This document shows, piece after piece, positions 1-8,368 of a stretch of DNA of 32,000 nt. The translations under genes were made by a program, and so were the position numbers. Under the pieces are notes generated by a model that was given only the letters and a program-made list of their open reading frames with translations, searched no databases and was not told the DNA's origin. The stretch covers positions 2,294,815 to 2,326,814 of the forward strand of contig JAXLVP010000001.1 of NCBI GenBank assembly GCA_046328905.1, written 5' to 3'. The stretch comes from Bdellovibrionota bacterium. GTDB taxonomy: Bacteria; Bdellovibrionota_C; UBA2361; SZUA-149; CAZDWZ01. Each line of letters starts with the position of its first letter. Position 1 is the first letter of the stretch.

Positions 1-481
1 CCTGCACGATGAAAAGCGCCACGGTGAGCGCTCGGCTTCCCGAGCTCTGCTCAGCCCGATTCCTGAACAAGAGGAATACGAGTGTCGCCATGGCACCGGT
101 TCCTGCGAAGACGATGCGCGCCAGGTGAAACGCTGTGCGACGCTCGGGGAAATCAGTGAATACGAGCACAAGCAGAGCCGCAACGAAGGGGAGTGGATGC
201 AGGTCCCTCCGTGTCCATTCGGCAGTTGATCCGTCGGACGTTCGCCTGAGGCGGTTCAAACAGAAGGGGACGGCATAGAGCACTGAGGCGAGCGCGGCGG
301 CGAGCTTCCAAGTGAGGGGAGTAAGGATAAGAGGTCCTCCTCCATGCCCGAAGGAGACCGTGTTCGCGCAGACGCCTACCACTGAGTAAGCAACGAGCGA
401 GCTGAACAGGAGATCTCCAGCGGTGCGCGCCGCGCTTGTCTTGTGATAGGATTCTGATCTCAGAAAATTATTCAGGCTCAT
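1..481 (-). CDS. hypothetical multi-pass membrane protein, 5' portion only (gene runs off the left edge)
   Basis: Hand translation of the minus strand from the ATG (complement of 479-481) gives an uninterrupted frame of about 160 codons to position 1. It reads MSLNNFLRSESYHKTSAARTAGDLLFSSLVAYSVVGVCANTVSFGHGGGPLILTPLTWKLAAALASVLYAVPFCLNRL...LARIVFAGTGAMATLVFLLF..., with 4-5 helix-length hydrophobic segments. It is absent from the ORF track because there is no stop codon inside the window. The start is uncertain: this ATG overlaps the ATG of the 480 gene, and an in-frame GTG at 382 is an alternative. Confidence 0.4.
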   Translation of the reverse strand, partial: MSLNNFLRSESYHKTSAARTAGDLLFSSLVAYSVVGVCANTVSFGHGGGPLILTPLTWKLAAALASVLYAVPFCLNRLRRTSDGSTAEWTRRDLHPLPFVAALLVLVFTDFPERRTAFHLARIVFAGTGAMATLVFLLFRNRAEQSSGSRALTVALFIVQ

Positions 482-1832
482 GAAAACAATTCGCATCGCC
501 TGCGGTCAGGGCTTTTGGGGAGATTGGCTCGAGGCTCCGGTCAATCTTGTTCGCCAAGGGCCGATAGACTATCTCATTTTGGATTATCTCGCTGAAGTGA
601 CCATGTCAATTTTAGCGAGGCACAAGCAGAAGCATCCCAGCGCCGGATATGCGCGGGATTTCGTCGATCTGATCGATCGGCTCGTTCCCGATCTTCTTGC
701 AAAGAACATCCGCGTGGTTGCCAACGCGGGAGGGGTCAACGCCCTCTCATGCGGGGAGGCGTTACGGAAAGTCGCAGAGAAGCATGGGGTCAGCGATCGT
801 TTGCGGATTGCCGTCGTCACAGGCGATGATCTGCTGACGGACCTTTCGCAACTGGAACAAGACGGTGAGGAGCTGCGGAATCTCGATACGGGAGCATCCT
901 TTGAAGAGATTCGCGGTTCCGTCAGAAGCGCAAATGCCTACCTGGGCGCAGGTCCGATCGTCGAGGCGTTGCAAAGCGGCGCACAGATCGTCGTTACTGG
1001 TCGCGTCGCGGATCCGGCGCTCGCCCTGGCGCCGATGATTCATGAGCTCGGATGGAATGCAGACGACTGGGACAAGCTCGCTTCAGGTATCGTTGCCGGT
1101 CATGTCATCGAGTGTGGGGCCCAATGCACTGGCGGAAACTGTTCGGTTGATTGGCAGTCGATCCCGGATTTAGCAGACATCGGCTATCCGATTGCTGAGA
1201 TGGCGGAAGACGGAACTTTCTTCATCACGAAGCATCCGGGGACGGGCGGCCGTGTTTCAGCCGCGACTGTCAAAGAGCAGATAGTTTACGAAATAGGCGA
1301 CCCAAAAAGTTATCTTACGCCAGACGTGATCGCCGATTTTACGTCTTTCACCCTCACTGATGCAGGTCCGGACAGAGTGCGGATCGAGGGAGCTCGCGGC
1401 AGACGTCGTCCCGAGAAGCTGAAAGTGTCGATGAGCTATGCGCACGGTTACTCCGCCTCCGGCACACTGGTGTATACATGGCCCGACGCCTGCGCAAAGG
1501 CACGAGCCGGAGCAGATATCGTTCGCAAACGGCTGGACGCCGCGGGAGTGAACCTCGCTTTCCGTGCCGAGCTTGTCGGCATCAACTCCTGCCACGGCGC
1601 GCTCACTGACATCGATCTCCCTGAGATCCCCGAAGTCATGCTCCGCATTGCCGTGAGGTCAGCGGAGCAAGCGGCGGTCGAACGGTTCACCCGAGAGATT
1701 GCGCCTCTCGTGCTGAATGGACCACCGTCTGCGACCGCTTATTTCAATAAGCCTCAGGTGCAAGAGGTCATTGCGTATTGGCCGACGCTGATTGAGCGCT
1801 CCCGCGTGCAGCATCACGTGACGTTCGTATGA
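480..1832 (+). CDS. AtuA-like acyclic terpene utilisation family protein (DUF1446)
   Basis: 450-aa ORF. The N-terminus MKTIRIACGQGFWGDW...IDYLILDYLAEVTMSILA...VVANAGGVN matches the DUF1446/AtuA family as I remember it. Confidence 0.8.
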   Translation: MKTIRIACGQGFWGDWLEAPVNLVRQGPIDYLILDYLAEVTMSILARHKQKHPSAGYARDFVDLIDRLVPDLLAKNIRVVANAGGVNALSCGEALRKVAEKHGVSDRLRIAVVTGDDLLTDLSQLEQDGEELRNLDTGASFEEIRGSVRSANAYLGAGPIVEALQSGAQIVVTGRVADPALALAPMIHELGWNADDWDKLASGIVAGHVIECGAQCTGGNCSVDWQSIPDLADIGYPIAEMAEDGTFFITKHPGTGGRVSAATVKEQIVYEIGDPKSYLTPDVIADFTSFTLTDAGPDRVRIEGARGRRRPEKLKVSMSYAHGYSASGTLVYTWPDACAKARAGADIVRKRLDAAGVNLAFRAELVGINSCHGALTDIDLPEIPEVMLRIAVRSAEQAAVERFTREIAPLVLNGPPSATAYFNKPQVQEVIAYWPTLIERSRVQHHVTFV

Positions 1833-1854
1833 TGAACAACCGACAGGCGCATCG

Positions 1855-2172
1855 ATGAAAAAGATCAGATTGGTCGACATCGCTCACGGACGTTCCGGCG
1901 ACAAGGGTAACAGCGCGAACATCGGGCTCGTCGCCAGGACCCCCGGCGATTATGAGATTTTGAAAGAGCACGTCACGGCTACGGCGGTGAAAAGTTATTT
2001 CAGGCATTTCTGTGCCGGCGAAGTCACTCGCTACGAGCTTCCGAATATCTTTGCGCTCAACTTTCTTCTCACCGACACCTTGGACGGCGGCGGGACCGTG
2101 TCTCTGCGGAACGATGCGCAGGGGAAGACCCTCGCCGCAGCGCTGCTCCGCATGGAGATTGAGATTCCGTAG
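1855..2172 (+). CDS. small AtuA C-terminal-domain-like protein (partner of DUF1446)
   Basis: 105-aa ORF lying 22 nt downstream of the DUF1446 gene, in a different frame. GRSGDKGNSANIGL...YELPNIFALNFLL...SLRNDAQGK resembles the C-terminal domain of full-length AtuA, which is often encoded as a separate small gene. Confidence 0.7.
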   Translation: MKKIRLVDIAHGRSGDKGNSANIGLVARTPGDYEILKEHVTATAVKSYFRHFCAGEVTRYELPNIFALNFLLTDTLDGGGTVSLRNDAQGKTLAAALLRMEIEIP

Positions 2173-2566
2173 GCTCTTTTCTCAACATGCTGGATGGATT
2201 CGCCTTTTTTGTAGGGGCTTCTCGGATTGTTGGCTCCATGCGAGCCGAATATACTTGAAGAATACCGTGTGCGGTCTTTAGAGACAGTTCCATGGCCCTC
2301 TTTTGAGGAGTCATATTGAAGAGAGTCTGTTGCCTGAGCAACGTCTTGGTTCAATCGTCTCGTTGTTAAGGCAACAGGCTCTTGCGGGGTATGCGGATGA
2401 ACGTCATGTTTGACTGCGACCCCTCAAAAAGGAATTGGAACTGCCCCTGAGGATCGCAGGTCGTCTGTGTCTCCTCCGCTCGGCGGCAATTGTGCTTGGC
2501 GAAACGGGATCTATCTTCTAAGCTCACCGAAACTGTCTGAGATCAAACATCCCGTAGGCTGACACT

Positions 2567-3124
2567 ATGAAGCTCTCGAGCATTCCTGCGATCTTGGTTC
2601 TGTTCCTCGCGTCTTTAGTCCCGTTTCTCGTATCAAAGGGCTTGGACGCGGCGATCGCCAACTATTCAATTCAATATCAGATACGCGATCTCTTGAAGTC
2701 GCTGAACAGCGGGCCGTGGCAGCCGGTCGTTTTTGGGCTGAGCTTCGGGCTCGCTATTCGCGCTCTTTCGCAGCAGCACAATCGGGCGACGAGAGAAGAG
2801 GTGTTTGCGTTTACACTTCTCTGTGCGCTCGTGAAGGTTTGCTTGCTCTACGGCGGTGCGCTCATCATTGGATTCTTGGCACTCGCTCACATTCCGCCGC
2901 TCGTATTCATGAGCACGCTCGAAGCATTGTTTTTGGCGCTGATCGCCTGGAAAGGTCTCTACGTGAACCTTGGCGGGTTGGGAGTGTTTCTGACGACACT
3001 CCTGGGACTGGCTATTGGAGTCGTGTTGACTCTGTATACCGGATTCCCGATTAACGTGTCGGCGCATTGGTACACGATCGTCGGGACTTTCATGGGCCTC
3101 TTCGCGGCGCTCGACCGAGCATAG
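2567..3124 (+). CDS. hypothetical integral membrane protein
   Basis: 185-aa ORF made almost entirely of helix-length hydrophobic segments (about 5). No family recognised. Confidence 0.55.
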   Translation: MKLSSIPAILVLFLASLVPFLVSKGLDAAIANYSIQYQIRDLLKSLNSGPWQPVVFGLSFGLAIRALSQQHNRATREEVFAFTLLCALVKVCLLYGGALIIGFLALAHIPPLVFMSTLEALFLALIAWKGLYVNLGGLGVFLTTLLGLAIGVVLTLYTGFPINVSAHWYTIVGTFMGLFAALDRA

Positions 3125-3172
3125 TCGGACGCGCTTCAGCGAGCCGAGCACTCGCGAGGAGGGGTTCGGACG

Positions 3173-3853
3173 CTATGACGCTTTTTCCTCTGACAAGCGT
3201 TGCTGCGCTTCGAGGATCTCGCTGAACTTCTCCGCATAGTCTTCTCGACTCAAGCGAATGATCTCGTAAGCCTCGTCCGCATCGAACACGTGCGTGATCT
3301 CGGCCTTGCGATCGGGAGCTCCCGGGATGTCCTTGTACGTCAAGAAGTAGTGACGGATCCGTTCAATCACGTTTTGTGGGCAGTTCTTGATGCTCGTCCA
3401 TCCGCCGTAGATGAGATCGCCGGCCAGTACGGCCACGATCTTGTCGTCCGACTGGTCCTGGTCGAGCATTCTCATTCCTCCGATCGGAATTGCCTGAACG
3501 AGAATGTCCCCGTGAGAAACGGGACGCTCTGAGAGGACACAGATGTCGAGTGGGTCGCCGTCACCATGGATTCCGGTTCGCCCGGTTTTGCTTTCGCAGT
3601 ATGCCCCTACACGGGAGCCGCAGAAGGTCTGAGGCAAAAATCCATACAGCGAAGGCGAACGGCTCGAATACCGCTGCGGCCGATCGAGCTTGAGATGCCC
3701 TGTCACCTTGTCGATCTCGTATTTGACCGAGTCGGTCGGAACCATCTCGATATACGCATTGACTCGTGTCGGCGCATCGGAGCCGATCGACACGCCGTGC
3801 CATGGGTGGGCTTTGAAAAGATGTTTGAGTGTAGTCCAGTCGAGAGATGTCAT
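3173..3853 (-). CDS. ppa: inorganic pyrophosphatase, family I
   Basis: 226 aa with the motifs HPWHG, YEIDK, DGDPLD and DDKIVAV, which are characteristic of soluble family I PPases. Confidence 0.85.
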   Translation of the reverse strand: MTSLDWTTLKHLFKAHPWHGVSIGSDAPTRVNAYIEMVPTDSVKYEIDKVTGHLKLDRPQRYSSRSPSLYGFLPQTFCGSRVGAYCESKTGRTGIHGDGDPLDICVLSERPVSHGDILVQAIPIGGMRMLDQDQSDDKIVAVLAGDLIYGGWTSIKNCPQNVIERIRHYFLTYKDIPGAPDRKAEITHVFDADEAYEIIRLSREDYAEKFSEILEAQQRLSEEKAS

Positions 3854-3869
3854 CAGGCGAAGTGGTCGT

Positions 3870-5156
3870 TTAGGCCGCGTTCACGATCGCCTGCTCCGCA
3901 CTTCGCTGAGGGGCGATATGCGGCAGCTTGATGCTGTGGTCTTCGCTGTACAGGTAATCCGTGAGGATGTGTTCCGCGGACGGGAGATAATATTCACCGT
4001 TTGGCAGCTGAACGGTGGTGTCTTTCAAGCGATACACGTTGTGTCCACACGTGTAGCAACTGAATTTCATGAAATGGTAGCAGATGCACATGCGTTCGGT
4101 CACCGGAAGCTTGTTGCCTTCAGCGTCACAGCCTGCCCGCTCATAGGCGCCGTGATAGAGGCACTTTCCGTCCCGATCGAGGATGTAACCCAGCGCTTCG
4201 CAGTTCGGCTTCACGTTTGATTGAATGCACGGACTGTACGAGAGCATCCGCATCAGATAGCCGGTCGGGGAGATGCTGTTCACCACGACGTCTTCTTCTC
4301 GCGCACGGAGATACTCTTGTTTGACTTTGTCCGGGAGCCCGCATTCCTGCGAGATTGTGAAGCGTGTCGCCACCTGAACTGCGCTGGCTCCCAGGGCTAG
4401 GAAATCGCAGGCGTCAGTGCCGGTGAAGACTCCGCCGGCCGGGATGACCGGTATCTTCAAGCCTTCCTGTTCCAGGAATGCCAGAACGTCCTTCACGATC
4501 GACTTGAGATCATGTTCCTTCCAGTCCTCCCCGAATCCGAGGTGACCGCCGGCCAGAGGGCCTTCGACGATAATATAGTCGGGAGCGCGTTTTACGCGAT
4601 CGGCGCCGCGCAGGAATATCTTCAGTGCGCGCGCGGAGGAAACGATAATTCCGAACTTCACGTCGCGAAACCGCGGATGGTCTTCAGCGAGCTTCAGGGT
4701 GCCGTTGTGAAGTCCGGCGGAAAGGGTGATGCCATCGATGCCGCCGTCCATTGCTCCGCGAAGCCGCGCCCGGAGCGTTTCCGCCGGCGCGCCCATGTTG
4801 AGCTTTTCCATGACGTTGATGAAAACCGCGCCGCTTCCGGTCTTGGCTTCCATCGTCGAGCGACAGTGATTGAGATTTGCCTCGTAGACGGACTCGAAGT
4901 CCCACTTCACCTGGCTCTTGTCCATGGAGTCGGCGAACTGGAGAAACTTTTTCCGCTTTTCGTTTTGAAACCGGGTGCCGAATTTTCGGTCGGAGATGTA
5001 GGGAGCCATTGCGTCGGAAATGTGTCCGATAGCGCCAATGCGTGCGGCGCTCAGTGCAAGCTCCGAAGTGGAGATGTCCACTCCCATTCCACCGGTGACC
5101 ACCGGCAGATATTCTTGCTTTCCGAAGCGTATCGAAAAATCCGCAAGTTTGGTCAC
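3870..5156 (-). CDS. nitronate monooxygenase / 2-nitropropane dioxygenase family flavoprotein with Cys-rich C-terminal extension
   Basis: 428 aa with a GTG start. PVVTGGMGV, GIDGITLSAG and IIVEGPLAGGHLGF are NMO/FabK-like FMN TIM-barrel motifs. The last ~130 aa contain about 10 Cys. The gene lies 16 nt upstream of ppa on the same strand. Confidence 0.75.
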   Translation of the reverse strand: MTKLADFSIRFGKQEYLPVVTGGMGVDISTSELALSAARIGAIGHISDAMAPYISDRKFGTRFQNEKRKKFLQFADSMDKSQVKWDFESVYEANLNHCRSTMEAKTGSGAVFINVMEKLNMGAPAETLRARLRGAMDGGIDGITLSAGLHNGTLKLAEDHPRFRDVKFGIIVSSARALKIFLRGADRVKRAPDYIIVEGPLAGGHLGFGEDWKEHDLKSIVKDVLAFLEQEGLKIPVIPAGGVFTGTDACDFLALGASAVQVATRFTISQECGLPDKVKQEYLRAREEDVVVNSISPTGYLMRMLSYSPCIQSNVKPNCEALGYILDRDGKCLYHGAYERAGCDAEGNKLPVTERMCICYHFMKFSCYTCGHNVYRLKDTTVQLPNGEYYLPSAEHILTDYLYSEDHSIKLPHIAPQRSAEQAIVNAA

Positions 5157-5605
5157 AATTCTACAAAGCTCTCACTACAAGCCCCACTCCACCGCACGGA
5201 AGACCGCACCGCGCGAACGAAGAAAGGAGGAAATAAGCACTACCAATTTTGTCGGAATTAGTCAAAACGAGCCGACCCGGGCATAAACTTCTGGTTTCAG
5301 TTATTCGGCTCAACCGCAAACTTCTGGTCCCCATCGTCGGTCTTGCAGTTTTGCTCGCAAATCCGTGGGAAAGCCGAACTCTTTCTCATTCCCGGTTCGT
5401 TATCGGTAAGTGTCTGCAAACAATCAAAATGCTCGGCGCGCTTGAGCGAGCGCAAACAATTCGACCGTTTGACCGGGGGTTACCCGTGCAGTTTCCGACA
5501 AGCTCCGGCTCTGAAGTCCTGAGGAGAAACCTCAGTGAGAAACGCGGCTAGAGCTTTCTGACAGTCACCGACGCGAGATAATCTCCGCAAAGTCGGATAC
5601 TACTA

Positions 5606-6070
5606 TCACAAACCTTCCCGAACAACCAGCGGCACCGAATCGTTCGAACGAATGCACTCCTCCACAGAGCCCTTGAAATAGTCATCCAGCGCAAGCGTCT
5701 TGCACATCTCTCTCTTGAAGTAGAGGTTCCGCTCGCAGATCGTCTTCGGGATGCCCTGGCGCTCAGTGAGCATCGAGTAGCAATCCTGGACGATATCCTC
5801 TTTGAAATCGTTCGTGCGGTTCAACCACATGCAATACGCGGCCTGCCAGTTGGCGGCGTTACCGCGGACCTGACACTGTGGATTCTCCGACTGCCAGATA
5901 CCCGACCCGATTGAGCCGGCGCCGAGCGAGTGTGAGCGAATCTCGGGAGCTTCTTCGATGTCGTCGACGCTTGGCGAGCAGCCCGAGAAGAACGTCGCCG
6001 AGCACAGCACCGCAGAAAACAGGAGATGCCCCACAAGGCGTAATCGAATCGAGTGGGATGCTGTGTTCAT
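5606..6070 (-). CDS. hypothetical lipoprotein (Cys-rich)
   Basis: 154 aa. The signal peptide ends in the lipobox FFSG|C, and the mature part has further conserved-looking Cys. Its ATG overlaps the stop of the upstream phosphatase gene (ATGA at 6067-6070), which suggests translational coupling. Confidence 0.6.
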   Translation of the reverse strand: MNTASHSIRLRLVGHLLFSAVLCSATFFSGCSPSVDDIEEAPEIRSHSLGAGSIGSGIWQSENPQCQVRGNAANWQAAYCMWLNRTNDFKEDIVQDCYSMLTERQGIPKTICERNLYFKREMCKTLALDDYFKGSVEECIRSNDSVPLVVREGL

Positions 6071-6864
6071 TCTCTCTCTCCGTCATGAATGAGAGCTAAA
6101 AGCTCGTCATGGGTTTTTCCGTTCGATGCCACGAAATACTTGTAGTTCATCGCGCCCTCGTTGAAAGCGATCGGTTTGCCGAGCTCGTCGGTGACCGTGC
6201 CTCCGCTCTCCTGAATGACTACTGCAGGCGCCGCAAGGTCCCATTCTCGGTGGCTTACTATCTTAATGATTACGCCGTCAAACCGGCCTTCGCTAAGGGT
6301 GAGAAAGGCGCAACCCGAGTCGAGCCATCGGTCGTAGACGACCTCTTCGCGTTTCGGTTTCAGATGCCGGACATACACACTGCGCGGACGCAGCTTTGAT
6401 TCGTCTGACACGCGAAGCTTCGTCCCGTTCAGCGTCGCCCCGGCACCTAATGATGCTGTCGCAAATTGCTTTCGTGCGGGAAAGAACATGCCGCCCCAAT
6501 CAGGGGTGCGTCCTGAGCACCGAGCCACCAGGACAGAGAAATCGTCGTTCCCGTCCATGAATGATTTGGTGCCGTCGAGAGGGTCGATGATCCACACACG
6601 CTCTCTGGAGCTCAGCTCCGGGCTGGGAGGGATTTCCTCGGAGAGAATAGCATCGTCGGGGAAGAGTGTCGTGAGACCGCTGATCAAGATTTCGTTCGAA
6701 GCGAAATCCGCTTGCGTGACGAAAGAGCCGTCTCCTTTTTTCTCGGCTCCGAGCGTTCGTGATGCAGGCCGGTCTCCGCCGGGCCAGAATTCGAGAAGCT
6801 TCGCTCCTGCGCTTCGCATGAGCTCTTCGAGCTGTGCTGTTTCTGCTGCGTTGATGCGTGACAT
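6067..6864 (-). CDS. inositol monophosphatase / CysQ (3'(2'),5'-bisphosphate nucleotidase) family phosphatase
   Basis: IMPase-fold motifs are present: AILSEE, WIIDPLDGTKSF and WDLAAP...ESGGTVTD. The ORF track starts at TTG 6900. The first ATG is at 6864 (MSRINAAE...) and I use it here, but the start remains uncertain. Confidence 0.75.
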   Translation of the reverse strand: MSRINAAETAQLEELMRSAGAKLLEFWPGGDRPASRTLGAEKKGDGSFVTQADFASNEILISGLTTLFPDDAILSEEIPPSPELSSRERVWIIDPLDGTKSFMDGNDDFSVLVARCSGRTPDWGGMFFPARKQFATASLGAGATLNGTKLRVSDESKLRPRSVYVRHLKPKREEVVYDRWLDSGCAFLTLSEGRFDGVIIKIVSHREWDLAAPAVVIQESGGTVTDELGKPIAFNEGAMNYKYFVASNGKTHDELLALIHDGERE

Positions 6865-6945
6865 GCGGCGATTTTTAGCACTATTCTGTAGACCGAGCAA
6901 AATGGGTCGCCCTTTGGGCTTCTCGGTTTTTCAGGTCGGACGAGT

Positions 6946-7776
6946 ATGGCTTTTTATCGTTTCGGATTTTATCTCTCATCAACGATTTCAATCGTGCTGG
7001 CGCTGATGCTGATAGCCGAACGACGTGTCCCAGCGGTGGTAACGAAGAACATCCCATCTACGCCCGCGTCAAGACCCGTCGGCGAAGCACGGCCCGATCC
7101 GGCGCGCTCGCCCTCATTACCGGCCGCTGAAGCGACTCATTCAACTCCGTTCCCGCCCGCGTCGGCATCTACCGAGCCGAAGCCCGCTGATTCACGGACC
7201 TTCCCGGCGGTTGAATCGCCGAGCCCGACTCAATCTCCCGCGGAAGACACAGACCGCACTCGCTTTCGCGTGAACGCCCGGATCTCTGCCATCGAAAAAT
7301 TTGTTCAGGTCAGCGATTCACAGCGAGAGCGGCTGCAACAAAAATTTTCAGATGAGCTTGCCAATCGGAAGACCGCAGATCAAACCGAAACCCTCGACGA
7401 CATCCTCGGCGCCGAGAACGCACAGTATTATCGCGACCAGGTGAAGCAAGCCGTAGCCAGAGCAAAGGATGAGGAGAGCGAGCGTGAGCTCTACTATCAA
7501 AGTCGCAAGCTTGGCCTTTCCGCAGAGCAGGAAGATCAGTTCCGGACGGCGCTTCAGTCAACGGAGGCACAGGTGGAGCAGCAAAGCCCGAGCAGTGAAA
7601 ACGCAGATATGCATGCTCGAATGCAGCAGATGCTCCGGGAAGAAGCGCTTCGGGAGCAGCTGCTCGACGAGCGCTTGGCGCAGATCCTCACAGCCGAGCA
7701 GTATCAGCGGTATATCGAGCAGCGACAACAGTCATCGTCCGCCGATTTTCAGGTTTTTCACGATCCTGGGAAGTAG
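6946..7776 (+). CDS. membrane-anchored Pro/Ser-rich protein with LTXXQ-like (Spy/CpxP-type) helical C-terminal region
   Basis: 276 aa. An N-terminal TM anchor (FYLSSTISIVLALMLIA) is followed by a ~90-aa Pro/Ser/Ala linker and then a Q/E/R-rich helical part. That part contains LSAEQ and LTAEQ motifs. The functional call is tentative. Confidence 0.5.
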   Translation: MAFYRFGFYLSSTISIVLALMLIAERRVPAVVTKNIPSTPASRPVGEARPDPARSPSLPAAEATHSTPFPPASASTEPKPADSRTFPAVESPSPTQSPAEDTDRTRFRVNARISAIEKFVQVSDSQRERLQQKFSDELANRKTADQTETLDDILGAENAQYYRDQVKQAVARAKDEESERELYYQSRKLGLSAEQEDQFRTALQSTEAQVEQQSPSSENADMHARMQQMLREEALREQLLDERLAQILTAEQYQRYIEQRQQSSSADFQVFHDPGK

Positions 7777-7848
7777 AAGTCGGCCCGGCAAATTCTCGAC
7801 TGGCGAACACTCGCTCCGGAAGTAACGAGTGAAAAAAGTTGTAGCTGA

Positions 7849-8202
7849 TTATGAGCACTCGCCGTCGGTCGCTACCGACGTGCCGGCGGCCAACGCGCTA
7901 CATTCGTTTCCGTACGTTTTTCCATCACAACCGCACACCGGTGCGAAGATGAGCGTGCACACTTCCGGAATGGACTGGCAGACACCGGTTTGATCCGCCG
8001 CGCCGCAGCTCCGGTCGAGGAAATTGCACACTTCGCCCTCGCCGCAGGCCAGGCCTTGGAGCCCTCCACACTGACTGCCGATTGAGCCGGCGCTCTTGTC
8101 ATCGTCTCCGCCATCGCCGCAAGCGGCAGCACTTGTCAGAAGAATGGTTGCCGCGAAAGCACGAACGAGTGCTCGGAATCGAAGTGACGTCATGGATGTC
8201 AT
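7849..8202 (-). CDS. Kazal-type (follistatin-like) serine protease inhibitor domain lipoprotein
   Basis: The ORF track gives 177 aa from 8382. However, the internal ATG at 8202 begins a signal peptide with the lipobox LLTSAAA|C. The C-terminus VCTLIFAPVCGCDGKTYGNECSALAAGTSVATDGEC fits the Kazal pattern and is preceded by another Cys-rich stretch. Confidence 0.7.
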   Translation of the reverse strand: MTSMTSLRFRALVRAFAATILLTSAAACGDGGDDDKSAGSIGSQCGGLQGLACGEGEVCNFLDRSCGAADQTGVCQSIPEVCTLIFAPVCGCDGKTYGNECSALAAGTSVATDGECS

Positions 8203-8368
8203 GCCCAGATAATGATCCGATGAATTTTCTAGCGATACCATACCGCAAAGACCGGTCGCAACGACGGGCGACGAATTGACGCAAACGAGGCTGCCCAAGG
8301 ATTGCTCCGAGGAGCGCAGTTTGCTACGTTTTTCCTGCTCTAGAAGCCCAGTTCCGCCAGGAGGTCTC

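Noticed and set aside
1830-1857. The possibility that the 450-aa and 105-aa AtuA-like ORFs are one gene split by a frameshift (a pseudogene).
   Set aside because: The two-gene arrangement (DUF1446 plus a small C-terminal-domain protein) is a common natural architecture. The small ORF has its own ATG and both reading frames are intact.
4512-5261. A 249-aa plus-strand ORF opposite the NMO-family gene, and a 100-aa ORF at 5249-5551.
   Set aside because: The first is antisense to a motif-supported gene. The second starts at TTG, has no properly spaced RBS, and its product has no features.
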